DNA of 20,000 bases from Vicugna vicugna (Eukaryota): contig MU058667.1 in assembly GCA_013265495.1 (NCBI GenBank), positions 419,765-439,764 on the forward strand. The letters are read 5' to 3'. Each line of letters starts with the position of its first letter. Within the stretch, counting starts at the first letter, position 1. Made by a program: the position numbers and the translations under genes. A model generated the notes under the pieces. It worked only from the letters and a program-made list of their open reading frames with translations, had not been told where the DNA came from and made no database searches. Positions 10,201 to 20,000 of the stretch are shown here, one piece after another.

Positions 10201-10734
10201 TGTGCAAGCTGGCACAGGTGGTGAGGGAAGAGGCCTGACTGGGTGAACGGGACTTGGGCTCCTGGCACTGCAGAGTGGATTTCTTCCTCAAGGCTAGGGC
10301 AAGCCTCTGAGGGCTAAGGGGTCAATTGCAAAAGTAAACCTGCACCTTAATATTATTACTCTGATTTAAGTTTTGAGGGATACATTGAGGTGGTGGGTTG
10401 AGGGGGCCAGGGAGAACTCAAGTCTCTGAACAAAGAGATAAAGAAAAACCTTTCCAAACCCAGAATAAGGCCAAGAGCTGAGACAATGAGCCAGACAGAT
10501 AAACAGTGGAGAGCTGGAGGAGACTGTTGGGAACCCAGATAGGTTAAGCCACTTGCTTAAGGATATACTTTTAAGTAACTTTGGTAGACCTGGAAATTTT
10601 AGCAGATCTTAAACATAGATGTAAAGGTAACACCTGCTTTGTATCATAGGGCTGCTAAAGGCCGTTGCAGCATTTTTTTCCGAATGCTACCTGTGGTTGG
10701 GTTTTCTCCCTGCCAGTAAGAACTGGGCTATCAT

Positions 10735-11325
10735 TATTACTACAATAAATGCACTTTTATTTCCCACAATAGCCCTATGAAGTTGATAAGGATTCTCAAC
10801 TTAGAAATTTGAAAACTGAGATGCACAGTTTAATCACACAGATAGTATATCAGTTAGCTGTTGCTGCATAAGAAAACCAGCCCCCCACCCCTTCTTAAGT
10901 GGCTTTTACTGCTCGTGAGTTTATGAGTAGCTGAATGGCTCTGCTGATCTTGGCTAGGCTCTCTCACACGTTTGAAGCCTTGGCTGAGATAACTCAGTTC
11001 TATTCTGCACGTCTTTCCTCTCAGGGTGAGCATGATCTCACAGCAATGGCAGAGGAAGCCATAGAGGAAGCAGAAAGGTGGGGGCACTTTTTCAAGTCTC
11101 TGCTTCATTTGCTACTGCTGCATTGACAATGCAAGTCACATTGCTAAGGCCAGAGTCAGAGCAGGAGAGGGCCGAAGGTCACAGGGCTAAAGGCACCGAT
11201 GGAGGGAGGCTGCTAATTAGGTAGGACCATCGATCTCCCAGTCTGCCTCAGCAGGCAGTGGCAAAGCCAGGATTTGAGCTGGTTCTTCAGATTCCAAAGT
11301 GTGTGCTTTTTCTACCAGACTCTTC
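10735..11325 (-). mobile_element. MIR SINE split by an MLT1 LTR (pieces 10735-10845 and 11251-11325)
   Basis: 'cccacaatagccctatgaag...gaaaactgagatgcacag...cacacagatag' continues after the LTR as 'agtggcaaagccaggatttga...cagattccaaag...tgctttttctacca', collinear with antisense MIR. Confidence 0.7.
10846..11250 (-). mobile_element. ERVL-MaLR LTR, older MLT1 subfamily (MLT1I/J/K-like)
   Basis: Begins tatatcagttagctgttgctgcataagaaa...cttaagtggctt (reverse complement of the MLT1 3' end). Contains gcaagtcacattgctaaggccagagtcaga and ends cagtctgcctca. Confidence 0.75.
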
Positions 11326-11519
11326 TGCTATGATAAAAACAAACCCAAGAAAAACTGTATCCATTGGTCAGGATCAGTAAAAACACTCTCATATGTGTCA
11401 TCTTAACTGGGGCTTAGAATAACCCGATGAGGCTGGCAGAATTGGTATATCTGTTCAAAGAAAAATAAGGTAAATATTTGGAAGCATAAAGGGCTACTTT
11501 TCGTAGGTAAGCAAAGAGT

Positions 11520-12350
11520 GCTTAGGTATCAATAAGAAAAAGATAAGTCAATAGAAAAGTGAGCAAAAGGCCACAAACAGGCAATCTACATACAGGGAAA
11601 TGTCAGTGGCCAATAAACATTTGAAAAGATGCATAATATCGTTTAAAATAAAAGAAATGCCAAAAGTAGAAAGTGAGATATCATTTTCTCCTATTGGATT
11701 CACATAGACCTTTAGGTTCCATGATTCTCAGTGTTGCTTAGGGGCAGGAGTGAGTCCAGAAATACAAAACCTATGCTGTTGGTAGCAGAATAAATTGGTG
11801 TGACATATTTGGAGGATAATTTTGGCAATAGCAATAAAACTATGCATACGAAATTTGGCTTAACTATTTTATTTTTAAGAACTTACCCTAAAGCTAAATG
11901 TACATGAGTCTGCAAAAATATTCACAGGGCTGTTCACTGCAGCATTGTCTGTGATAGCCAAACAATAAAAACACTGTAACTCAGTATTAAACAATGGGTT
12001 AGATACATTTTCCTTCAGTGTTATCCAAACTGGAGCACAAGTGTCAAGGAGAACAAAGAAGGTATCTATGTCCTGACATGAAAAGATCTCTGAGACACCT
12101 TGTGAGAGAAAAAAAATCACAAGTCTGTGAAGGAGATACACAATTTTCATTTATCTAAAATAAAGATGTACCTATCCATGCTGGTGCCTTCATAGGCAGC
12201 ATCTCAAAGGACACTTAAGAAGCTGTTCACAGTGGCTAATTCTGAGGAAGAGCCCCAGGGGTAGAGGGGGAAAGGACAGCTCTACTTTTCATGTCATTCC
12301 CTTCCTTACTATTAAAATTATTTTTCCATGAACATATATTACTTCTATCT
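11520..12350 (+). mobile_element. Ancient LINE-1 (L1ME-like) ORF2 end and 3' UTR
   Basis: Degenerate L1 motifs: caatagaaaagtgagcaaaagg..caaacaggcaat, ggccaataaacatttgaaaagatgc, tgagatatcatttt, gctgttggtagcagaataaattggt, tgttcactgcagcattgt, tgacatgaaaagatctctgaga. Confidence 0.8.
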
Positions 12351-13199
12351 AGAGAAAAAAAAAACAGAATAAAACAGAACAGAGAACACATTGAGAAGAG
12401 GTTCCTGTTCTTGAGCATCATTTTTACAAGCGCATCTTCCCTTTACAGTTGGCCAGTTTGCTCAGTTAGCAATTCTTTTTACTGCCCTCATCTCCATAAA
12501 ATAAAATAAAATGAAGACTTTATTCTTGCTCAGCGTTAATACTTAAGAATTCCCAGGTATTGTTTCCAAGGAAATCCACCTATAACCAGGTCACTGGCAT
12601 GGTCTCCTATGGCCAGAGACAGGGTAGACAGGGCCTTGTTTCTTAGCAACTCACCCAGATTTTCTCATTTTAATTGAGATCATACATTTCCTTAAAAACC
12701 TTTCCATAGCAGGGATATGGAAGGCCATTTATCCTTGTTGATGAAATTCACCCTTTGAAAAAAGGCTTTGCTGAATGTGAAGTGAATTTCACCAACATTC
12801 CCCCACGCATGGGTGCCCCCTCTGTTAAGTGCATAAATCTGTCACTGCTTTCTACCCACCTACAACCAACCCAGTATCTGCCTTTGGCTTCTTCAGGCAA
12901 AGTGTGTGAAGGGTGGATACTGCTTCCTGACTGGCCTACCCCCTTGGGTTTCCTATCAAGACCAAATGAGCTCAAGGAGGGAAAGTGCATTTGTGAAGCT
13001 TGTATGCCTTGCTGGGACCTGCATTCAAGGGCACTGTACTGGCCATCATGACCCTCTTTCCCACTGAGACAGAGCCCACAGTCCTTGTCTTTGTTCTGAT
13101 CTGAGCAGTCACAACTCTGTGCTGGAGCTGTCCCATGGGATAAAACCTGTCATCCTGCCCTGGTGGAAACATGCACACCATGATTAGTACAAAGAGTTA

Positions 13200-13395
13200 C
13201 ATAATTGCCAACATTGTGCGTCTCCAGCAAACATCATTTCTGTGGTATCCTGACAGAAAAGGGGCACTCTGAATACAATCATGAGGAAACACTAGGCAAA
13301 CCTGAACTGAGGGAATTCTACAAAATAACTCTCAAACTGTCAAGGTCACAAAAGACAGTAGCAGACTGGGGAACAAAGCATAGAGATTGATGACA
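13200..13395 (+). mobile_element. L1MC4/L1MC5-like 3' UTR fragment
   Basis: 'catcatttctgtggtatcctg...aatcatgaggaaaca...caaacctgaactgagggaattctacaaaataact...tgtcaaggtcacaaaagaca...agactggggaac' is characteristic of L1MC 3' ends. Confidence 0.75.
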
Positions 13396-13779
13396 GCATC
13401 ATATCATATCACAACTTTTCTGTTTTCATGGAAATACTCCTGGAGGGCAACATTTTTGTTATTATCGGTCAGTTAAGCCCTCTGAGGATTCATTTTTTGG
13501 ACTATTCTCTATGACACTGTGAGATATGGACTGAGGGCATTCTGGGGATGAAAAGGGTAGGGACAGAGACCTGTGGAAGTGACTGTCACCCCAGGAAAGG
13601 CCTGCCTGGGTAGGACACCTTGAGATCCCTGGGCAGACAGAGGGTCCTCAAAGGACTCTGGCTGTGAAGGGAAGGAGTCAGGAGCACTGAGGTTGGATAG
13701 AAGACAGAGGCTGTGACTCAACTCACCTACCAGGTCCTAAGTCCCAGCTCCCCTGGGCAAACTGAGCAGGTTGCTTCCT

Positions 13780-14030
13780 GATGATCTGACAAGTATTTGT
13801 GGGTGCTGTCCTAGGTGCTAGGCTACAGCCCGTCAGCAGGACTAATTCCAAGTCTAAGGGAGAGATCAGGATGTAGGCAAAAAGATAAAACAGCGTTAGG
13901 GAGAGTGTAGGAAAAGTGGGTGTGCCTATCAGGAGATCCTACACTAATCTGGAGTCAAGGAAGGCTTCCTGAAGGAAGTTAACATCTAGTCTGAGATGTA
14001 ACACTGGATGTGGGTTCAGCAGGTAACAGG
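13780..14030 (-). mobile_element. L2 fragment
   Basis: 'gacaagtatttg...gtcctaggtgctagg...aagtctaagggagaga...gtcaaggaaggcttcctgaaggaagttaacatctagtctgaga' matches antisense L2. Confidence 0.65.
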
Positions 14031-14686
14031 AAATGAGAGATAGTCCATCCAGAAACAACAGGCTTGGACTTGATAATGATCAAGTTCCATCCCAGAAACC
14101 CCATAGCCTCTGACTTAATTTCATGACTTCTACCTCTGCTCTTAAAGTCTGTTCTGTCAGTGACAGGTTTGGGTCCCAGGGAGAACAGAACAAAGGTCAT
14201 GTTTTTGTGGCTCTGAGTCTCCCTGGTGATGGAGCATCTCTACCAGGACTTTTTGGATGTGACTCTCAGCCTGGATGGATCCTGGGCTCTCTGCACTCCC
14301 AAGACTGGAGGCTGTGCCCTCATTGGGTATGCTGGAGTCTTGAAGACCCCCACTTCACCGCCTGCTTTGAGGTAAATGAAGCTCCCAGATGCTGGCCGGT
14401 AGATGCTAAGGGGCTGGGGTTGTTGGAGCCAATGATGTGGCCTGAATGCTCTATGAGCAGGGTTTCTTTGAGGCAGGTTCTCACAGGCTCACTCCCTCTA
14501 GTGAGAGAGTGACCTCAGGCTCCCTTGCTGGGTGGCAGGTGGTGAAGCCTCGATACTGGAGGTGGTGGCGGGGGGGATGGATGAAAGCCACTTTTGGCCC
14601 CTTCGGCAAGCTGCAGGACCTAATTATAACCCACTAGGACACTCCAATATGGAGTGAGTTTTGGAGACACAAGAAATAAAGAATAG

Positions 14687-15067
14687 CGAAAACTATAAAC
14701 CATTGCTGAAGGAAATTAAAGAAGACTTTGAAAAATGGAAAGATATCCCATGGTCTTGGATTGGAAGAATCAATATTGTTAAAATGGACACACTGCCCAA
14801 GGCACTCTACAGATTTAATGCAATTCCTATCAAATTACCCAGGACATATTTCCCAGAACTAGAACAAATCATAATAAAATTTATGTGGAACCATCAAAGA
14901 CCTAGAATTGCCAAGGCATTACTGAAGAGAAAGAAAGTGGCTGGAGGAATAACTCTCCCAGACTTCAGACATACTACATAGCTACAGTCATATGTAGTTT
15001 TCATACAGTCTGAAAAACAGACATATAGACCAATGGAACAGAATAGAGAGCCCAGAAAAAAAAAAAA
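14687..15067 (+). mobile_element. Internal L1 ORF2 fragment (no 3' UTR) with an A12 tract and 9-bp TSD
   Basis: ORF 14661-14981 ([33 protein letters not shown]...LPDFR) aligns to about 3008-3382 of the larger L1. Flanked by aaagaatag at 14678-14686 and 15065-15073. Confidence 0.93.
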
Positions 15068-15139
15068 GAATAGAGAATGATCATAACATGACTTAAGAGA
15101 GGCATCTGACAAGACACATTGGGAGGAGTCAGGGAAAGA

Positions 15140-15348
15140 GCAGTATTATCTGAGGCCGGGGAGCCTGGGTTTGGAGATAAATCAGCTTGGGTTATTAACC
15201 TCTCTAAGCCTCAGGTTTCTGATCTATAAACTGGGGGTTAAGATTACATCTTCCTCAGAGGATTACTGTGACAAGAAGTAAAAATAATGCAAGTTCTAGC
15301 ACTCACTTTGGTACCTAATAAGCTCTCAAGAAATGTTAGCTATTTTTA
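15140..15348 (+). mobile_element. MIR SINE
   Basis: 'ttattaacctctctaagcctcaggtttctgatctataaactggggg...cctcagaggattactgtga...ctagcac...tggtacctaataagctctcaagaaatgttagctatt' matches the MIR core and 3' end. Confidence 0.85.
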
Positions 15349-16429
15349 TAGTGATAACGATTATTATTTATTAATCTCATTTGGTGTTAAGCTTTGTAAT
15401 AGGTTGACAACTTTAAAAGTTCTTTAAGGATGAGCAATGCACCTGAATGCACTGCTCATTTACACAGAACAATTACAGCTGGAAAGATCTGTCAAGATCA
15501 CCTAGTATGAGCTTCAGATTTCTCACCCCCAAAGTGGGAATGATAAACCTGTCCTACACGATTGGAGTCATGTGTTATCTTTCTTGCACAGACCACAGCT
15601 ATACTGCATTGTCTACGATTTCCAGTATAGATTCCAAAGTAGACTAAGATCCTAAGGGCACTTGAAAATCAATCAAAACTTATCATCCTTCTGGATTTTT
15701 ATGATTTTCTCCTGCATTTTTAACAGATGTCTCTTCCACATTTTTCCCCCAAGTCTTCCCTAAGTCTTTAACTTAGTTTCCATAGAAACAAAAGCTCTCT
15801 TCCTTTTCACACCGGAAGTGTACAGTTTTAAATAGAATTTAATGAAATGATTTAATCACAATAATAAGTATCACCAGAAAGAAACAGATGTAGATATGGA
15901 CAAACTGATTCTTGGTATCACACAACCCAACTGGCACATACAGAGAGAGCAGATATACTGAGAGCGGCCTACCAGCTGCAGGCATCTGGGTGACCTGGAC
16001 ATCAGTTTGTTTATTTTGCAGGAAATAGAGAGCACCAGCACACCAGCTAAACCAACAAGTCGGTTAAGCAATGGTCTGTAAAAGAGCTTCTACTGTACTT
16101 GCAGATTCCATCATGCACCATCCTTTCTCATGGTCTGGGTGTTCATATTGTTTTCTCTTTGTCAGGAAGGTCCTTCTCATCTCCCTCTACCTCTCCCCTC
16201 CTTTTTATTTTCCAGGCTAATGCTTACTTTTCCTCATTATCTCCTCTAGGGAGTCCTTCCTTCTACCATATTTGTCTCTCCTCTCTCACATTACCCTCCT
16301 CCAAACATTTTGTTCGGTCCCTGTGCATTTCTTATCTTGCCCATTTCCCCTCTGAGCCACAAGATGGAAGGAGCCTGGGTTCCCTCTACCCTCCTCCCAC
16401 TTCTCTGAGAGCACACGCCCCACTCTATT

Positions 16430-16572
16430 GAATTTTTAGTTACTCCTCTGTCCCTTCCACTAGTATTTGAACATCTTCATGGCAAGTCCTCCGTCATATT
16501 TGACTTTGTTTCCCTATCATCAAGCCCAGTGCCTGACACATAGTTTTTCACTAAAAATTTGTTCAATGATTT
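16430..16572 (+). mobile_element. L2 3' end (may extend upstream to about 16100)
   Basis: 'ctgtcccttccactagtatttgaacatcttcatggcaag...ctttgtttcccta...gcccagtgcctgacacatag...aaatttgttcaatga'. Confidence 0.7.
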
Positions 16573-16819
16573 GCAATCTTTTTGAAACTACTATGTGTAT
16601 GGTCCAACCTCACAGTGATGCAGCAGATAGATAACCACAGCTCAGGAGTCAGAAGTAATTCCCAAATGGGCTGAGCCACTTAGTTGCATTTTCTCAAACA
16701 CACTGGGCATAATCACTTGGCTTAAAAATGCTGTCTTTTTCTCAACTTTTATGCACTTAAGTTTATCAACACTTGATTTTCATAGTTCATAGTTTCATAG
16801 TCAGTGACTTGGGGGAAAG

Positions 16820-16975
16820 AGCATAGAGAATCCCATATGTAAGGTTTTTATGGCCAGTCCTGGAAATGGCACATTACTACTTATATTCCTAAAGCCAGAA
16901 TTCAGTTATGTGCCCTCCTTCCCCAAGTTCAAAGGGGACTGGGAAATGTAGTCCAGCAGTATCCCAGGCAGAATA
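16820..16975 (-). mobile_element. MLT1J/K-like MaLR LTR fragment
   Basis: 'ggccagtcctggaaatggcacattact...gccagaattcagttatgtg...gggactgggaaatgtagtc...cccagg' resembles antisense MLT1J/K. Confidence 0.65.
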
Positions 16976-17200
16976 AATTGCTGGGACATGGGGATATGCA
17001 TATCTTTAACATAAGGCAATGTCAAAATATTTCCAAAGTGGTGTACCAATTTATTCTCCCACCAGTAGAGGATGAGGGTTCCTACTGTAGCACCTTCTAG
17101 CAAACACTTGCTGCTTATCTTTGGGCATTCATGATATCTTCATTGGAAAGATCTGATATATGTGGTATATATTTGTCTCCTTTATAAAACTGTCCTTATT
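16975..17200 (-). mobile_element. Ancient L1 (L1ME-like) fragment, antisense
   Basis: 'aattgctgggacatggggatatgcatatcttta...ttccaaagtggtgtaccaatttattctcccaccagtagaggatgagggttcc...caaacacttg'; minus ORF 16906-17103 contains GTLILYWWENKLVHHFG, similar to L1 ORF2 [14 protein letters not shown]. Confidence 0.8.
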
Positions 17201-17229
17201 GATGGAAGTTACCCTGTTCTTCTATTACA

Positions 17230-18177
17230 AGTACTCAGCAATTCTATGCCAGGTATGTACCCAGCAGTAAGGTGAGAGCCCTTGCACCAAGAGATGTGTG
17301 TAAGAACGTTAACACCAATGTTAAACAAATAGAACCAGGAAGCAACCTGAATGTCCATTGAGAGTAAAATGGAATACTATACAGCAATGAGAAGCACTGA
17401 GAATGAACAAATTGTAAGTACACACAACAACATAGAGGAGCTTTGAAAACATAATTCTAAGCAAAACAAGTACATACCGTATGAATCCATTTATATAAAG
17501 TTCAGAAACAGACAAATCTAGACACTGTTGTGTTTCAGGGCTACGTATTTAGGTGGTGTGAATATAAAGAAAAGAAAGGAAGCAGCAACTGTGAAAATCA
17601 GGTTAGTGTTAGGGAAGAGAGAAGGGGTTGGGTTTGAGATGAGGCTCACTGGTGCCTCCACAGAAGAGAATTAGGAAGGTTGATACAGGGATTTAGGGAT
17701 CAGTCAGTCATAGGGCAGTTTTAGGAGAGAAGTTAACACACATTGTCTAGGCCAATATTGATCAGAATTTTTAAAGCAGGTGAATTACTGAAACAATGTC
17801 ATTAACTTTGGAAAACTTGAGTGTGTGAGGAGTTTCTATTACTGTGGCTTTTATCTTGGACAAAAAGAAAATATAGTTCCAGGAGTTGATGATAAAACAA
17901 TCACTAGGGCCTGGTGTTAAAATAACTTTCACTGTGATGGTTTGTGTTGCATTCCATGATGTGGCAGAGTTTATCTGTTATGTAAATCATAGTACAATCT
18001 GTTTTGCAAATTTGGGGCTTCGATCCATTTCCAAAGGCGTACATACACGAGGCTTCTGGACTTGTTTAATTTCAGGCAATGTTTAGCTTCTTGACTTGGG
18101 TGGCTCATCTTCCAGTCATTTCCTTGTACATTTGTATTTTTTCACTTTCCTGTGTGTCATATTTCAAATTAAAAATT
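17230..18177 (+). mobile_element. Ancient L1 (L1ME-like) 3' end, interrupted at about 17650-18048
   Basis: 'actcagcaattcta..ccaggtatgtaccca', 'caacctgaatgtccatt', 'atggaatactatacagcaatgaga', 'tatgaatccatttatataaagttcagaaacagacaaa'; resumes at about 18049 'gaggcttctgg...aatgtt..gcttcttgacttgggtgg...atatttcaaattaaaaa'. Confidence 0.8.
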
Positions 18178-18189
18178 AGGTCTATTTTT

Positions 18190-18330
18190 ACCAATTTTAT
18201 AATTTCTAAATTTATAAACATTTGTTCAGAAAGATAAAAATAAAATACTGAAAGAATATATGCCAAAATACAAAATATGGTTATTTCTGCATAGCAAGAT
18301 TATGATTTTTAATTTCTTCCTTTGTGCTTG
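18190..18330 (+). mobile_element. L1ME4-like 3' terminal fragment
   Basis: 'actgaaagaatatatgccaaaata...tggttatttctg...gattatgatttttaatttcttcctttgtgctt'. Confidence 0.55.
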
Positions 18331-18464
18331 AATTGACCTTGAGACTGAGTTTGCTTAAATAATAGATTAAAGCAATGATGAAGTCACTCCTAGTGGTGCA
18401 AATTTGTTTTCAATTTAAATCAGTTAATGTTTTTTCAGTTCAATTCCATGCAGTTCCATGACAC

Positions 18465-19060
18465 TAATTTAACAAGCATTTGTTGCCTATTGTGAAATGG
18501 ACACTAGGCTAAATGCTAGAAAAACATTAACTATCCTCAAGGATCTTGTGAGGGGTGAAAAAGCCCATGTGTACACAACTAAAATACATTCAAAATGACA
18601 TTTCACGACAGAAGCCCTAACTGGGGAGCTCAAGGAAGGCTCATAGCAGTGGAATTCCTGAGTTGGACCTTGAGAAATGAGGAGGGCTTTGATGGATGGG
18701 GTTGGAGTGAACGAAAGGGCAGATCTGGTGAAAAGGAGCATCAGGAATAAAGATCTCGGACATGGACGAGGGTGATGTGGACAGGAGGGATGGTGAATGG
18801 ACGACAGGGGCCTGGGGGCCGGGGTGTGTTTGGAAGAGAGGGCGCAGGAGGTCAGGGAAGGGAAGGTTACACAGGCAGGCTGGGCTCAGATTATGAAGGA
18901 CAGGAAAGGCGCCCAAGCAACTTGGGATTCTTGTTCTCTCTCTCCCTCTCTCTCTTCGTCCCTCCCTCCTTCTCCCTCTCTCTCAAAATAGCAGAGGGCT
19001 CTTGATGGATTTGGGGCAGAGAAGCAACTTGGTTGCATCTGCTTTAGAAGATGACTCAGT
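18465..19060 (-). mobile_element. L2 fragment (antisense) with an internal (CT)n run
   Basis: 'atttaacaagcatttgttg...ctaggctaaatgct...tcctcaaggatctt...aaggaaggct...tgagttggaccttgagaaatgag...ggctcagattatgaagg...tgctttagaagatgactc'. Confidence 0.65.
18933..18984. repeat. CT-rich low-complexity / (CT)n tract
   Basis: ttctctctctccctctctctcttcgtccctccctccttctccctctctctc. Confidence 0.85.
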
Positions 19061-20000
19061 ACAGCAACTCTACTTCGATTAAAGAAAAACTTATGACCAA
19101 AAAAACCCCACCAACCAACCAACCAGCAAACAAAAGAAGGAGGACTCGGGCAGGAGGGAGGAGAAACAGACAGAGAAAAATCTAAAAGGAGGAAAACCAC
19201 TCAGTTGTTGCCCCTCTCCTTACTAAAAAGACTAAAAATAACCAGGGTTAGAGCCATGAGAATTAGAGAAGGGAACTGACTGATGCAATTTACTGTTCAA
19301 CTGATGCTGAGTGAGGAGGAGGGAAGAAGTGAGGAAGGTATCAGGGACCAGCCAGCATGGCTTCGTAACCGTGTGCTTCTACTGTGAAGGCCAGAGGGTG
19401 CACAGCAGTTCTGGTATAAGTTTGTTGACACTTTGAAGGAGAAGGAAAGAGAACTCCAGTGCTTAAAGGTGTGAGTTTGTCACCAGTTGTGGGTCCTGGC
19501 CAGCAGAAGTCCCACCGAGAGACCGAATGAATTACTTGAGACTTTGTGGAAAAGAGTCAAGAGAGCGAGAGGGAGTCGGGAGCCAACTATGAGCCTCTCA
19601 AATCTCCCATATTTATTGAGTACAGTCAAAGGAGGAATGCAGGAATCTAGGGAAGGACTGGGTGGGATCACAGTGAGTTCAAAGGCTTTGTTTATTGTTG
19701 GTGTTTGGCTCAAGGTCAGAAGACCCTTTTTGGTGAATCATGTTCATGTTGAGCCTTTCGGCTTATCAGGGCGGAACATACGAGAATCAGCTGCTTAACA
19801 ACTTGGACTCAGGCGCCTGTGCCTGTCTTAGGTTGCCCCCTTACCCGTCCGTCATTGGCTAACCAGCCTTCTCACCTCTGAGTCTGCAGCTTTTTATAAG
19901 TTGTTTACCATTCCAGCCCAAGGCTGTTTTGGAGATAGAAGACTAACAGCAGGCTCGCCCAGCGTTTATAGCCGGGAGCCTGGGTCATTGCTAAAACCTC

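Noticed and set aside
9751..10215. 154-aa minus-strand ORF
   Set aside because: Lies across MER20 and L2 sequence; chance ORF.
14123..14637. 129-aa and 63-aa plus-strand ORFs
   Set aside because: No recognisable protein similarity or exon boundaries.
15811..15820. Perfect ETS/GABPA motif ACCGGAAGTG
   Set aside because: Single isolated motif with no CpG island or promoter context; a similar core also occurs inside L1 at about 7849.
16005..16082. Acceptor-like tttgtttattttgcag followed by a short frame EIESTSTPAKPTSRLSNGL*
   Set aside because: Peptide not recognised and no partner exons identified; it cannot be supported without transcript data.
16780..16802. Short tandem repeat (tcatagt) x3
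   Set aside because: Trivial slippage repeat; not a CRISPR-like or otherwise structured array.
19487..19798. 103-aa ORF near the window end
   Set aside because: Non-ATG start and no recognisable homology.

Overview
Mammalian non-genic DNA (intergenic or intronic) made mostly of transposable-element fossils. I cannot support any host protein-coding exon, RNA gene or CRISPR-type feature. The young L1 3' UTRs look cetartiodactyl-like and I see no Bov-tA/BovB or PRE-1 SINEs, so a camelid origin is possible (weak inference). The main structure is a nested insertion: an ERV1-type solo LTR (2337-5931) is split by a 3.07-kb L1 insertion (2556-5628) bounded by a perfect 17-bp target-site duplication (TSD). 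That insertion is an L1-L1 chimera with two different 3' ends in tandem, and its ORF2 lesions are very unevenly distributed. Also present: an internal L1 ORF2 fragment with its own TSD but no 3' UTR (14687-15067, probably internally primed), a probable ancient twin-priming inversion (16975-17650), an older antisense L1 with a duplicated 3' UTR module, MLT1 LTRs, MER20 and MER5-like DNA transposons, MIR/L2/L1M relics, and an unexplained 16-bp inverted repeat (12736-12797). I found no convincing new biological system; the interesting signals are retrotransposition-mechanism footprints. Repeat family names come from my recall of consensus sequences, not from a database search.
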